DNA of 63,816 nucleotides, the filler included, from Rhabdomonas costata (taxonomy: Eukaryota), in NCBI GenBank assembly GCA_019059605.1. It is 42 parts of 42 records of this genome, joined end to end, with 100 filler letters (N's around TTAATTAATTAA, not from the genome) between each part and the next. Parts side by side here need not be neighbours in the genome. Positions count along the whole stretch, not along the records: positions 36,681 to 38,108 come from JAHMHO010016219.1; positions 38,209 to 39,636 come from JAHMHO010016220.1; positions 39,737 to 41,164 come from JAHMHO010016221.1; positions 41,265 to 42,690 come from JAHMHO010016222.1; positions 42,791 to 44,218 come from JAHMHO010016223.1; positions 44,319 to 45,746 come from JAHMHO010016224.1; positions 45,847 to 47,273 come from JAHMHO010016225.1; positions 47,374 to 48,801 come from JAHMHO010016226.1; 34 more parts are not named here. One strand, 5' to 3'. The notes below the pieces were generated by a model that saw only the letters and a list, made by a program, of their open reading frames with translations, ran no database searches and was not told where the DNA came from. Positions 37,131 through 48,953 of this stretch are shown here, one piece after another. Made by a program: the position numbers and the translations under genes. Each line of letters begins with the position of its first letter. The first letter of the stretch is position 1.

Positions 37131-37727
37131 TGGCAATGAAGTAGAATGCGGGTTGAATGCGAAGCCCGCCCAGCAAGTTTCTTCAGATTAAGTGGCGATG
37201 CACGTGCACCTGCAGTGTCGTCACTCCTCGCCGGAGGGGGGTGAGTATCGGTACTCCTCTCCAGAGGAGGGTGCAGTGTCGTGACAATTGCCAAGAATCC
37301 AATACAAGCACAACATTCACAAGCGGAAACTGGCTTCAGACACAGAAGACCATCCAAACGGCACCATGAATTGAGAGGGTAGGTGAAGCAGTTGACCATT
37401 TCACCAAGATTAACCACCTGTCACTTCCACCCCTGCATGTTTCAGGTGGCGGCAACCACCTCGAGGAGGATTGGACCTTAGGCATCTCCTTGGTTTTCGT
37501 GAATAGAAGCGTTTTTCTCTCTTTGGGTACGCTTTCTCAGCGAGTGCCTTGAACACGGAAATGAACTTGTGCCTTCTCCAGGACTGTCCTTATCGCCTTT
37601 GATTTTGATTTAAAAATGTCTTTTGTGTTATGGTTAACTTTTGTCTTTTCATTATTTTCATTAACGGCAAACTCTAGCGCGATTTTTGACTTTGCCTTCA
37701 CCAAAATTGAGGGGGGGGGGCTACCAG

Positions 37728-37847
37728 ATCGGCGAATTCTGGGAAGCTGCGGATAGGATTGTGCCCCACATCCTGCCCGGGTCTCCAGACTGGAGGACCT
37801 GCCTTCCCCATCAGAAGCTGCAGCTCCTGAACTGCTGTCTGGCCATG
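37728..37847 (+). CDS. Putative exon of a hypothetical protein
   Basis: CAG/ 40 codons /GTGAG. The frame also stays open to the contig end. Confidence 0.35.
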
Positions 37848-38213
37848 GTGAGACCTAGTAGCCACTCTACCCTCGACCCTGAGTCTGGGGCGGGAGGCTG
37901 GGAGGTCCTCGACCTGGACGCCGAGCCCTCCAGCTCCGAAGGGGTGCCCTCCCCGTCCCCACCGGAGAGGAACTCCGCAGCTGCAGGCGGTGTGGAGGAC
38001 GTGGGCGGCAGAACCTCGGTGGGAATGCCTCTGGAACAGGCTAGCCCCAAGGCCCTTGCTCGCTCAGAGGGGGTCGCGGGCTTTATGGATGAAAAGGTCC
38101 ACACCCCCNNNNNNNNNNNNNNNNNNNNNNNNNNNNNNNNNNNNNNNNNNNNTTAATTAATTAANNNNNNNNNNNNNNNNNNNNNNNNNNNNNNNNNNNN
38201 NNNNNNNNTGTTG

Positions 38214-38413
38214 GTTTTTCTTGTACAGTCTACTTGCACTGGCTCATGTTTCAACACAGCTCTGGGGTTCTGGGCCTGCGCGATCCCGCAGCTGCTCCCA
38301 CTCGGCAACCGAAAGCTTCTTTTGCGGATACGGCCTGGCCTTCACAAGCAGCCCCTGAACCCCAGAGCTGTGTTGAAACATGAGCCAGTGCAAGTAGACT
38401 GTACAAGAAAAAC
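38214..38413. repeat. Perfect 57-bp inverted repeat with 86-nt spacer (intronic hairpin)
   Basis: 38214-38270 is the exact reverse complement of 38357-38413. Confidence 0.9.
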
Positions 38414-38427
38414 AAAGAAACTCTGAC

Positions 38428-39482
38428 CTCAAAGCCAGAGAACTTCCCAAGGTTCTCCCGCATCACCGCGTTGTGCAGCTCCAGCGCGAACTCGAAGTCC
38501 TCGGGGTAAGTGTTCCACAGCCGGGTGCTGTCCTGGATGTCTGTGAACTGAGAGGCATCACAGGGCACAGGGCGAGAACGAAGGATGCGGGCACATCACA
38601 CCACTGCTGTGTGGAGCGGAGGCAGGGGACGATCTGCGAGCCTGTGGCAATATCTCTCTCTGGAGAGTTGGCTTCGCGATTGGGACTAGCACACCATAAT
38701 TCATAATTGGCGGCCAGGGAGAGGGTCAGCACTTACTTAAACTGATCTTTGAGGCTCCAGGAGCAAGGGTGTTATATTTGCGTCGTCATGTTGTCGACCT
38801 GTTGAAGTTGTGTTTTGCTTTGTTTTTGTGAGTTGGCCATCCTTCTTGCCTTCTCGCGGCAACCCCGAAAAGGGCGTAGATTTGTTCCGCAATGAAAGGA
38901 AGAGAAGAGCAGCCTTCAAATTCGACCTTCCACAACGTAGAAAGGCCTGTAGTTCAAGCCCTAACATCTTAACGAGAAAGAGACAGCCCAAAAGCAATGG
39001 GCATTTACCAGTTGTTTTCCAGCAGTAGCACCGTGGTGCGACAATTTGTGGATTCTGCTTGTTTGGAGACTCTTTTCGGTCGACATACTGGATGGAGGAG
39101 GGCGTACGGACCTAAACAAGGGATAACCTCCAACTAAAACCCTCACGCAAAGCCTCAGTGCTGGAAGCGTCCAGCACCATAAGAAAAACCAAAAAGCTAT
39201 AAAACAAACCATTAGGGCAGCAAAGCCGCTCGGCGCGGCCTTTAGCCGCTGCTGCAACGCTCGGCTGCGGCGGTGGTTCATGATCACCATCGACCCAAGT
39301 ACCACCAGGCCCACCGCCCCCAAGATGGGCACCACAATCTCCACAATTCGCAGCAGCGCTGCAGAGCCCGCAGAGGGCGTCGCCACCACGGGGTCTGGGT
39401 CGTACCTCTGCTTCAGGGTGTTCACCAGGGGCGTCGAGCCATCTCCGTCCACGCATCGCATCTCAGCCACCTTGGCCATGAC
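38428..39482 (-). CDS. Receptor-type adenylate cyclase (TM helix plus start of catalytic domain)
   Basis: Exons 39482-39210 and 38547-38428: IVEIVVPILGAVGLVVLGSMVIM (TM)...AAPSGFAALM/FTDIQDSTRLWNTYPEDFEFALELHNAVMRENLGKFSGFE. This is the FTDIxxSTxLW signature seen in kinetoplastid and fungal-type cyclases. Confidence 0.9.
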
Positions 39483-40010
39483 CTGCAATGGTAGATTGTG
39501 GAGAAGAATGCCACTGGCATTCTGGCATGCCCAAGGGCCAAGCGGGAGGCCACGACAAGAGTCGGTCTGAAGCTATGCTCGATCATTAAAAGAGGACAGA
39601 TTCCCAGGATATGCTTCCCACAACACCAGTAATCGCNNNNNNNNNNNNNNNNNNNNNNNNNNNNNNNNNNNNNNNNNNNNTTAATTAATTAANNNNNNNN
39701 NNNNNNNNNNNNNNNNNNNNNNNNNNNNNNNNNNNNGTTGTGGGTTGGCTTACTCTTACTTTTGAGATAACGCGGGCCATAAAAAGAAAGATGTGTATGT
39801 ATCCACCAGACGCCAAGAGAAGCCCAAGCGAGCGGAGAGTGGTAACACGTGAGGTCAAGATAACATCATGGAAAGAGTAAGGCACCCAAACTCAAGAGGA
39901 AAGGGAGTCCAAGCCCGGGGTGCGATGGAGAGCCCACGCCCATTTTCTTCTTTTCAGAACTGCTGCCTCTTCTGGAGTGCCCTCAGAGTGGTCCTGCGGT
40001 GGCGGTGCAG

Positions 40011-41164
40011 CCGAGGAATGGTCCTGGGCTCCGCAATGCTTGTGGCGTGCAGCTTCCCCGCAGTGCTGCTGGGGTGTGCGCTAGCCAGCGTGGGGTGGAC
40101 GTCGCTCCCCCAGGGAACGGTGGCGACGTATCTCCTGGCCCTCTACATGGTGCTTCTGGTGGCCATGGGGAGTGCAGGGTTCATGCTCATGAACGCATCC
40201 AACGAGACCAGCATCAGCGGAATGGTGGCGCAGCGGTACAACAAGGTCGGGACCCTTTCTAGCCGTTATCTGTTTTGTACCCCACACTGCCTGCCCATCA
40301 GCTCCTCCACCACTTCTGTTCCACGTGCTTCTCCCACTGTTCCCGGACGTCGCAGTGTGTGGGTCTGTAGTAGGCACTCTGGCCATTGCCTTCTCGTTTT
40401 CGCTGCCAAAGGGGCATTCTTTGAAGTTAAACGAAGTCCTTCGCGACAGTTTTTCCTTTCGATTGGAAGAGAGTCAGTATACCTTAACGTGCGAGTGCCC
40501 CGCCAAAAGTTTCCATGTGAAGGTATTGGGGAGGTGGAAAACCTAGGGTTGGTGATGGTGGATCTCCTGGGACAGATCGTGGTTTGGTGAAGCACGTTTT
40601 CCTGAGATGTACGTCCTGCGGGAATTCCAACAGAAGATTGGAAAGCTTCCCTTAATGTTCGATCGCAGTGAGCGTTCTTCTCGCCTAAACACTTCGCAAG
40701 TCCGGTTCATAATGTTCCCAGCGTTCTTTTTTAATGTAAATACCACGGGATAGAAAGCTCCTTTTTGCCTCCTTCCCGACCCTTCCATCTCGACTGAAGT
40801 GGCTCTTTGAGAGTGATGACATCCAAAAATAAAATAGATCAGCTATATGATCATTCTCATCATGACCGGGAACTGCTTCTTCACGAGCTGCTTCGTGGCC
40901 GCCAGCGGCCTGACCCCGGGAGCCACCGCGAGGCCCTGGGCGTTTGTCCTGGCCTCGCTTTCCCCTCTCATCTCGTGCCTGGTGTTGATCTTCCCTCTTC
41001 CCGTGACGCACACCGCCCATGAGCTCTCGATGATCCCCCTGGACGTTCCCTACTGCCTCTCCCCGGGCCAGGAGCCGGAGTTCCTGCTGCTCTTCTACCG
41101 CGGGCAGTCCCCAAATTTCCACCGCGCGTCGTGCGCCCGTGACGCCAGAGTGTCCCCCACAAAC
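40011..41164 (+). CDS. Multi-pass membrane protein (2 exons, partial)
   Basis: Exons 40011-40245 and 40838-41164 join in phase 0 (QRYNK/ISYMIILIM) and give about four hydrophobic helices. Confidence 0.6.
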
Positions 41165-41525
41165 NNNNNNNNNNNNNNNNNNNNNNNNNNNNNNNNNNNN
41201 NNNNNNNNTTAATTAATTAANNNNNNNNNNNNNNNNNNNNNNNNNNNNNNNNNNNNNNNNNNNNGTGGTGTTGGGGGTGCCTGTACTGGTGGCTCAAGTG
41301 ATGTCCATGTAACGCAACTGAACTAACGCAATCAAGCATGTGACCAATCCTGGTGCACCTACTCGCTTGCAATGTGTGGTTGGAGGGTTTTTGGCATATT
41401 TCCATTCCAGCCAGTTTTTCCAGGTATTGGTAAGGTTAGATGAATAGAAAAACCTGCATGTGGTGGTACAGAGCATCTTTCGTGGCTGGCGGGATCCTAT
41501 CTGGTCATTTTCCTCTCCCGCATAG

Positions 41526-41666
<141 letters not shown>

Positions 41667-41680
41667 TGAGGGAGAGGCAC

Positions 41681-41730
41681 CACCATTGTCACTGCCACTA
41701 CCACTGCCACTACCACTGCCACTGCCACCA
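41681..41730. repeat. (CCACTR)n hexamer microsatellite
   Basis: Read directly from the sequence. Confidence 0.85.
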
Positions 41731-42072
41731 GTCCACACACACACACAGTTGAGCTCACCCCTTCACAACCCCATCTTTGAGCACGCTGCCTCGGACACTG
41801 CACAATTGCTTCTCGTTGACCTCGTCCACCCTCCGTCATGAACGTGCTTAACCTCACACCACTCTCCTACAGCGTTGTATTCTCTTTTTTCTTGCGCGCG
41901 CTCTCTCTCCCTTGTCTTCCCAGAGTTCCCCCCTTTCACCTCACTTACACTCTCTCGTTGTTTCTTTGTTTGGTTCAACTTGCTCCGAATCCATTTTTTC
42001 CGGCTATCCAATTACCACGCTGCTATTTGCGCTTGCTCTGTGCTTTCTTGTCATTGTGTTGCGGGTACGCAG

Positions 42073-42221
42073 CAACTGGGCCGCGCGTTGATCCCGAGCA
42101 TCCTGAAGGTGGTGGGCTCTGATCTGAGGGACGTGGTGTTCTCGTATATTCCCAACACCGCGGAGTCAGCATTTATGGGCCTCGTGGAGGGACTCACGGA
42201 GTACCTAGACGAGCAGAAGAG
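42073..42221 (+). CDS. purF: Amidophosphoribosyltransferase, Bacteroidetes-type (internal exon)
   Basis: CAG/ QLGRALIPSILKVVGSDLRDVVFSYIPNTAESAFMGLVEGLTEYLDEQK /GT. VFSYIPNTAExAFxG is, from recall, the motif of the long Bacteroidetes-type PurF. Confidence 0.75.
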
Positions 42222-42790
42222 GTCCCCTCACACACGCACGCGTGAAAGTTCGACCGCTGGGAAATGAGCAAAGCAAATCCCGGTCCACAGAAATCGCCGC
42301 TTTAGCCGTCAGTTCACGGATCAATGGACTGTGCAAAACACTTTTGCACGTTTGCAAAACACTTTGAGGCGGGGGTGTCACCCCACACACATCCACGCAC
42401 ACAACACCAGTGCGCCTCCAGCCCGATGTGGCGCCGCGCAGGCCAGCCAACTCTGGGCTCATGTGCATATGAGCAGACCAGAAGATTGGAACAGCTATGG
42501 ACTGCCTCGTATCAGCCGCATCAGGGAACGCAACACACCGTCATCCTGCAGTGGTGAGGTCGACGTGATCGATTGCGAACTGAAGGTCCCCTTCTGGATT
42601 CTTGCCCTTGGGCTGTGGTCGCCGCCTCAGACTGATCTCACTCACCTCCCTTCGCTCCAACTTGGCCATCTGCTCCTGTCCAAACCCAACNNNNNNNNNN
42701 NNNNNNNNNNNNNNNNNNNNNNNNNNNNNNNNNNTTAATTAATTAANNNNNNNNNNNNNNNNNNNNNNNNNNNNNNNNNNNNNNNNNNNN

Positions 42791-43248
42791 TTGGGGTGTT
42801 TGGGGCTGGAGGTGTTTCCCGGGTTCTTGATTGTCTGGAAGCTCTTGTGGAGCCGAGCATGGTTCTTAAAGGTGCCAAGTTGTGTTACTCTTATCCCCGG
42901 GACGACCCGACTTTCTCTCGCGCCGTTATTCATCGCTTACAGGCGCGGGTTAGAGCGCTTTTGGCAGGTCAAGTGATGCCCGAGGCTGGTGTCACACAAA
43001 AGGAACTGAGCCGAGCCTCCCTTGCCCTGAAGGTCTTTGCGGTACCCCCCGCTCAATTCGCAGGTCTGTTTCTGTATACGGACGAAATTGAAAGAGAAGA
43101 GGAAGGCGTCGTGAAGGATCCCGACCAGCTGTATACGTTGCTGACAACAACGCGACACCAGCGTCTTCAGAATGGAGGGCGCAGGGAAGTGCTGCGGCGC
43201 ATTCATCGACCGCTGTTCAGGGATCCGCGCGCTCCAGCCAGCAGCTGA
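42791..43248 (+). CDS. Hypothetical intronless ORF (5' truncated)
   Basis: 150 open codons of protein-like composition running from the contig edge. No family recognised. Confidence 0.35.
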
Positions 43249-44396
43249 TCTGGAGGCGGCGTGAGGCTTATTGTGGGTTGGTCACCAATCAAATCACTTC
43301 AACGACGGTCGGGAAGCAACCGGTGACGAAATTAACTTAACCCGTTCTTAAGAACGGGTCTGCCAAGCGCTGGACCCGTTCGGACCCAGCGTGATTCCCA
43401 GAGAAAAAAGGCACTTATTCGACCTTGATCGCTCTTGTTTTTCACGCCACAACATGGGGTTCACAGAGCCCCGTTGATGCTCGTGACCCAGGTTTGCGGG
43501 GTTTGGGGTGTGAAGATGATGAATGTTGCAGAGAATGCAAAGCTGACATATCAATATGGGGTGGTTCGCTTCGCTTGGTTCCAGCACAAGAACGTCGGAA
43601 TCCGAAACATCTCTCAACGCAGCCACGGCGTCGCGGAACAATTTGGTAGAGCATTTTCACTTAGTTACTTTGGGGCTTTGCTTGAAAATTCTTCCTTGCC
43701 TCCAAACCGTGTTGGAGGTGTTGGAGGTTCCGTGCTTCCCCACGCTACCATAGCCATCTGGTTGGTGTACAGACCTCTTTTTTCGGGTTGAAAGCATGGG
43801 GTGACCTAAAGAATTTGTTAGTTAGTTGGAGAAAAGGGTTGTCAGCAAAAAGAATTACATGGAATTAAAAGAAATTAATTTGGGATTCGAATCTGGTGGA
43901 AAGGCGCGGAGAGACCGAGTGCCCAAAAATGGCTGTAAGTGTTTTGAACTGATATATAAACTCACCACTACGCCGGATAATGAACATAGGCACAACAATT
44001 ACATTGACCACCTGAAACCGGATTTCGTTCTTTGCTTTGCTTCTAAAGTGCTATCTTCCTTTTTTATTTCTCTTGTATCACGAATGTGAGGCATAACATA
44101 TGCAGTTCCATCGCATGAGGGGCGACTTTAGAGATATGCGGCGACCGCATAGGTCTTCTGAAAAGATCCCCCCTTCCCGTTCCATTTCAGAGAACGGAGA
44201 AATGCAGACAACCACCACNNNNNNNNNNNNNNNNNNNNNNNNNNNNNNNNNNNNNNNNNNNNTTAATTAATTAANNNNNNNNNNNNNNNNNNNNNNNNNN
44301 NNNNNNNNNNNNNNNNNNGGGGTTGTGTGGTGACGTTGGAGCGTCAGTAATACCCTGTGCCTGTGGTGTATAAGTGTCGATTGTGTATACGTGCAG

Positions 44397-45339
44397 GTGC
44401 CATGGCGGCCCCTGTTTGGGATAGTGCGGCGGCTTTTTTTCCCGTGCACCCGGGTGCTGCTGTCGCGGCCCGTGTTGGTGAAGACCTCCACCCTGCGCTC
44501 GCTGGTGCGTGGGCTGCGGAGGAACTTTGCAGTGGAGGCTTCCACTGAAATCTGGCAGCGGGTGCGGCCGATGCTGTGCCCGCAGTCCAACTCCATCAAT
44601 CAGGGCATCGGTGTGGATGTGTGTGTATCTTTGGTAACTGCGCCAGAGCTTGGGGATGGTCTGGTGGTCAAGGGAAGCCGGAGTGAGGAGTGAGGATTCG
44701 AAAGAAAGGAAAGAAGAGAGGCCAGTCAACCGGAAGAATGAAGAGACAGGGACAAGCGCAGGGCGGGTGTGCGGGTATGAGGAAGTAGCAAGCCAGGCAG
44801 AGGCAGAGGCACAGAATACGAAGCAGCCAAAATTAGAAAGGACTGCAGCACATTTGGTTTGTTCTGCTGCGTTCTAATTGACCTCGGTGAGCTGAAGGGG
44901 GAGCGGTGGGGGGTGGGGGTGCAGGTTGGGGAAGGGATTGGGGTGAAGGAAGTATTCCAATGAAATTGGGAAGGAGAAAGGCGACCAAAGATAGACGCAG
45001 AACCTGATGTAAGCTGTACAGATTGTTGGAGTAATGTTGAAGCCCTCCCTCACGCACACATTTGGAGTATTTTCGAAGATTCGCTTCACAGTCTTGGATT
45101 TCCACAAATCGACCACGTTTATTTCAGTTTCGTTCAATGGACAATGTGCTGTCTTTAGACCACAAAAAGTAGCTCGGGCGTTCGAGGTGGCATTCTTTGT
45201 TGTTCACCTTCGCAGGACTGGAGCCACTGCCGGTGTGGAAGGAGCTGATGATAATGTCCCACCTGCTGGGGCTCCCTATTTTTGCCGTGCTGGCGACAGA
45301 CCTGCTGCACTACCTGGCCGTGTTCGCCCGGAATCCTGG
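44397..45339 (+). CDS. PSME4: Proteasome activator PA200/Blm10-like, N-terminal exons
   Basis: Exon 44397-44610 VPWRPLFGIV...LRSLVRGLRRNFAVEASTEIWQRVRPMLCP matches PWRPLY...RxYF...EI...RPxLCP. Exon 45216 to about 45339 is in phase. Confidence 0.55.
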
Positions 45340-45879
45340 GCTTCTGCTGTTCCTTTTTCTGAATGCCGCGACTCAAGCTCTCAGCATTAGGTGACGCTGA
45401 AGCCGAGCGGCCCTTTTTATGTGCCATGCACAGCGGTGACAAACCTCCTGAAGGACTGAGCAGGGCAATGGGGGGATGTCACTCCCTTCACCGCACTACC
45501 CATAGATTCAGCACGACAGAGGCAGCGTACACGCACTGCGACACCACCCGATGTCACCTGATGTGGGCTCTGCGCTTGTGTGACCCTGCTCAACAGCATG
45601 ATCTAAGGTTGATTGGATTGCATTCACCCCTGACTTTGGCGCGAGAGATTTGCAGTTAGATGGGTGATGAAGGTGATGCCATAAGGCAGTCTTGAGGGTA
45701 GGCTGCTGGCCGTGCATGCTTTACGGGGTTTTTTCCGCAGGGGTGTNNNNNNNNNNNNNNNNNNNNNNNNNNNNNNNNNNNNNNNNNNNNTTAATTAATT
45801 AANNNNNNNNNNNNNNNNNNNNNNNNNNNNNNNNNNNNNNNNNNNNGGTTTTTGGGTTTGTGTGTGGGGTCGAACAAAC

Positions 45880-47168
45880 CTGCTGCACCAGCGACCGAAT
45901 CTGCTCGTCGTCAAGCTTCACTGTTGTTTGTGTGGCCTTCATGGCCTCCTGGATCTGTGCAAAAGCGACCCTGAAACTGTGCTTCAAAAAATCATCTGAG
46001 CGCAGCCAGGCGTTGGTGCAGAGTCGTGATGACGTAAATGGGGCTAAACGGCATCTTCGACTCTCCTCTAGATGTCACACGATGTCGGACGACCGCGTCC
46101 ACCGCGCTAAAGAGCGCTCATTGTCGAAGCTCGTGAGGGATGATAAAGTCGGATATAGGTTTGTCCCCGAATCTATTGTTTTTGAGCAAACTTTGTTTGG
46201 AGACGGGTCTCGAGAGATTAGCAGATTACCAACCAACTTGCGATGCGTGAAGTTAGACTGGTCGTCATTTTGAGAGGGGGGGGGGCGTGCGTCCATGAAA
46301 GCGCCTTGTAAATTGAGACCCAAGACATCCTGGCCCATACTACATACTACATACCACATGCAACGCCTTCTCCGCAAATTTTACCGAAATTGCAGAGCAG
46401 CGTGCATCACCCTTCACCCCACTTTGGAAACGCCGAAAAACACCTGAATCCCCCTGCAGAGTCTTCCAATTAAATTCCAAACGATTCGTGCATAGCTCTG
46501 CAAAGTCTTCGATTAGCATCCCAGGGGATCCCGGAATGGCAATCCGCATACCGACCCCAGCGGTCACATGGAAAATGGGACGGGGGAGGGGGGTCTGCCC
46601 TAACTGGGCCCTCTTATATTTGTCATAACTTGGGTCTGCCTTCGTGGCGACGATGCACACACATTTCCAAAGAGCACGGTCGCTGATTCCACAACGAGGA
46701 CTTCAACCATGACAACAAATGCCAGTTAAAGCAGGACACCTTCCTTACTGCAACCAATAAGAAGCGAGCGGTAAACCAAAAGCCTAAGAAAAACAGGGGG
46801 CTGGGGGACGCGAGCACTGAGCAACGGCCCGTTCCTTCGTTGTGAGGGTGGTGATGCGCTCGTCGACCAGCTTCGCCGTGGACTGGCTCTCCGTTTTCAG
46901 CAGCTCATGGACCTGCCCCCAAGGAAAAAAATCACGACGACCCTCACAAAGAGGCTACTGCGACGGACCGCACTTCCGAAAACGCAACAACACAAATGGA
47001 AAATGGCTCTCTGTAAAAAGCCTAAAAGCCACTAACAAAGTCCTGAAAAAAAAGTACCTCACGAGTGCGGCAAACGTCATCACCAAAAGCTAACAAGGGT
47101 CAGCAAGTGGAAGATACCTTTGATGTAGATTCCGAGACCACACGCGAGATCTGCTCCGAGGTAACAAT
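45880..47168 (-). CDS. Coiled-coil hypothetical protein (3 short exons)
   Basis: Phase-0 exons 47168-47118, 46912 to about 46830, and 45954-45880: IVTSEQISRVVSESTSK/VHELLKTESQSTAKLVDERITTLTTK../IQEAMKATQTTVKLDDEQIRSLVQQ. Confidence 0.45.
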
Positions 47169-48072
47169 CTGGGAGAAAAACCAAACATACACAGCAAAGT
47201 GAAGGGCGAGACAAAGGGGTGAAGACGCAGCCTCTTGCTGATCGCCTCCAGATCCTCAGCAGCCACAACACCCNNNNNNNNNNNNNNNNNNNNNNNNNNN
47301 NNNNNNNNNNNNNNNNNTTAATTAATTAANNNNNNNNNNNNNNNNNNNNNNNNNNNNNNNNNNNNNNNNNNNNGGGGTGGTGGTGGCGTCTTGTGTTTGT
47401 GTTTGTGTTTGTGCTTGCTCGGGGGTTCAGAGGTCCTGTAAAGCACTGCTCAGTCCCGCCCTCCCTTGCTTGCCGTGTGGACATTTTGCATTGACGTTTG
47501 TATGTGCCAGTTGTTAGATGTTCCCCTCTTGCTCTGGTATGGTATGGAGAACGTGTGCTGTTGCACGTGTCGTGGAGGGCAGGGGTGAGGGGTTGGCGGT
47601 TGCCCATATTCAGGAGGATCCAAAAAGCTCATTAAGCTATGCTCGGCTGTAGGGAGCTGCAATGAAACGAGAAGGAGATGTGCGGATGCCACCTGCTGTG
47701 CTCCCGGCAACTTCTGGTTGCATGCAGAATTTTCCGCTACATATCGCTGCGATCGAAAATGTTTCCATCCTCCTCCTAGACAGAGGACGATCTTTTCGCA
47801 GCAGGAATTCTTCAAACACCATCTAAAAGGTTGCCAACTTTTTTATCAATGAAGTTTTTGCAATCAATGATGTTTTCCATGTCCGCTTTTCTTCAGGGTC
47901 TCACCTGCGCCCTTTCTTTTACCGACTTACAGCCCCGTCGTCGCCTCAGTAGCAGAGAAGCAGTTGTGAAGTGAGAAAGCTCAGTGTGTTCTATTTTCCT
48001 CGATTTTATTGCCCACCGTTGTCTGTTTCTCCCTTGGAGACCCCTGTTTTGGATTCCTTGAAGGTCATTGCA

Positions 48073-48730
48073 ATGGCCTCCTGGATCAAGAATCAAATTT
48101 TGAAGAGAGCGTCGCGCAAGGTCGTTCACAAATTCCTCAAACGGTGGCTCGAGCCGTACCTGAAGTATAGATTCACTGAGGATCAGATCTCGGAGTTTGA
48201 GCTGACCGGTTTGGAGCTGCACGATCTTGAGCTGGACGAGGCCCACATGAACGCTGAGCTGCTCCGGGGTCAGCCCTTTGAATTACGCTTCGGCCGCATT
48301 GGGTGTTTCAGTATCAGATTGATGGAGGAGGTCCAGATCTTGGTTCAGATCAAAGGACTGGATCTCGTCATCGAGATTACCGATGGCCAGACAGCCGATA
48401 TGGCTGAAACGGCGCGCCCCACCCCTTCGGAGGATCTGGCCTCAATTCCTGAGGAGGACGAGCACGAGAATGAGGAGGACGAGAATGAAGAGGCCGAGGA
48501 GGAGACAGGGTCGGAGCAAGGACGGCCCGCGAGCTGGTCGCAAGATATGCTGGATTTCCTGCTTCAGCGCCTCGTCTTGGACATCAGCGATGTCAGTGCT
48601 AAAGTTGTTTTCCCCACAACCGCCGGGGCCAAGGCAACGATGGACGTTTCCCTTCCCTCTGTCTCCTTCAAGGACCTCGCCCAGAAGAAGCAGTTGTGCT
48701 TGAGCGCGATTTTCATGCGGCTTTACAAAG
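48073..48730 (+). CDS. ATG2: Chorein-N domain lipid-transfer protein, ATG2-like (first exon)
   Basis: MASWIKNQILKRASRKVVHKFLKRWLEPYL...LELHDLELDEAHMNAELLRGQPFELRFGRIG...VQIKGLDLVI, followed by an acidic loop. Candidate donor AAAG/GTGAT. Confidence 0.65.
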
Positions 48731-48953
48731 GTGATCCAAGAATGGACACCACCGCGAACACCGGTTACTTACTCTGCACTGACTACACCAAACCAAACAC
48801 CNNNNNNNNNNNNNNNNNNNNNNNNNNNNNNNNNNNNNNNNNNNNTTAATTAATTAANNNNNNNNNNNNNNNNNNNNNNNNNNNNNNNNNNNNNNNNNNN
48901 NTGTTGTGGTTGTGAAATCCTCTGCAGTAGAGAGATAGAGTGCAAGAAAGAGC

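Noticed and set aside
37211..37285. CTCCTCGC with hairpins as an HDV-like ribozyme beside the retrotransposon
   Set aside because: P3 and P1 pairings cannot be formed, and it lies on the opposite strand from the element.
41321..41329. AACTAACGC as a kinetoplastid spliced-leader start
   Set aside because: Only 9 nt match; the conserved GTTTCTGTAC and the donor site are missing.
46340..46660. 106-aa ORF with an ACGAAGG direct repeat as an exon of the coiled-coil gene
   Set aside because: Its composition does not fit the flanking exons, which already join in phase without it; probably intronic.
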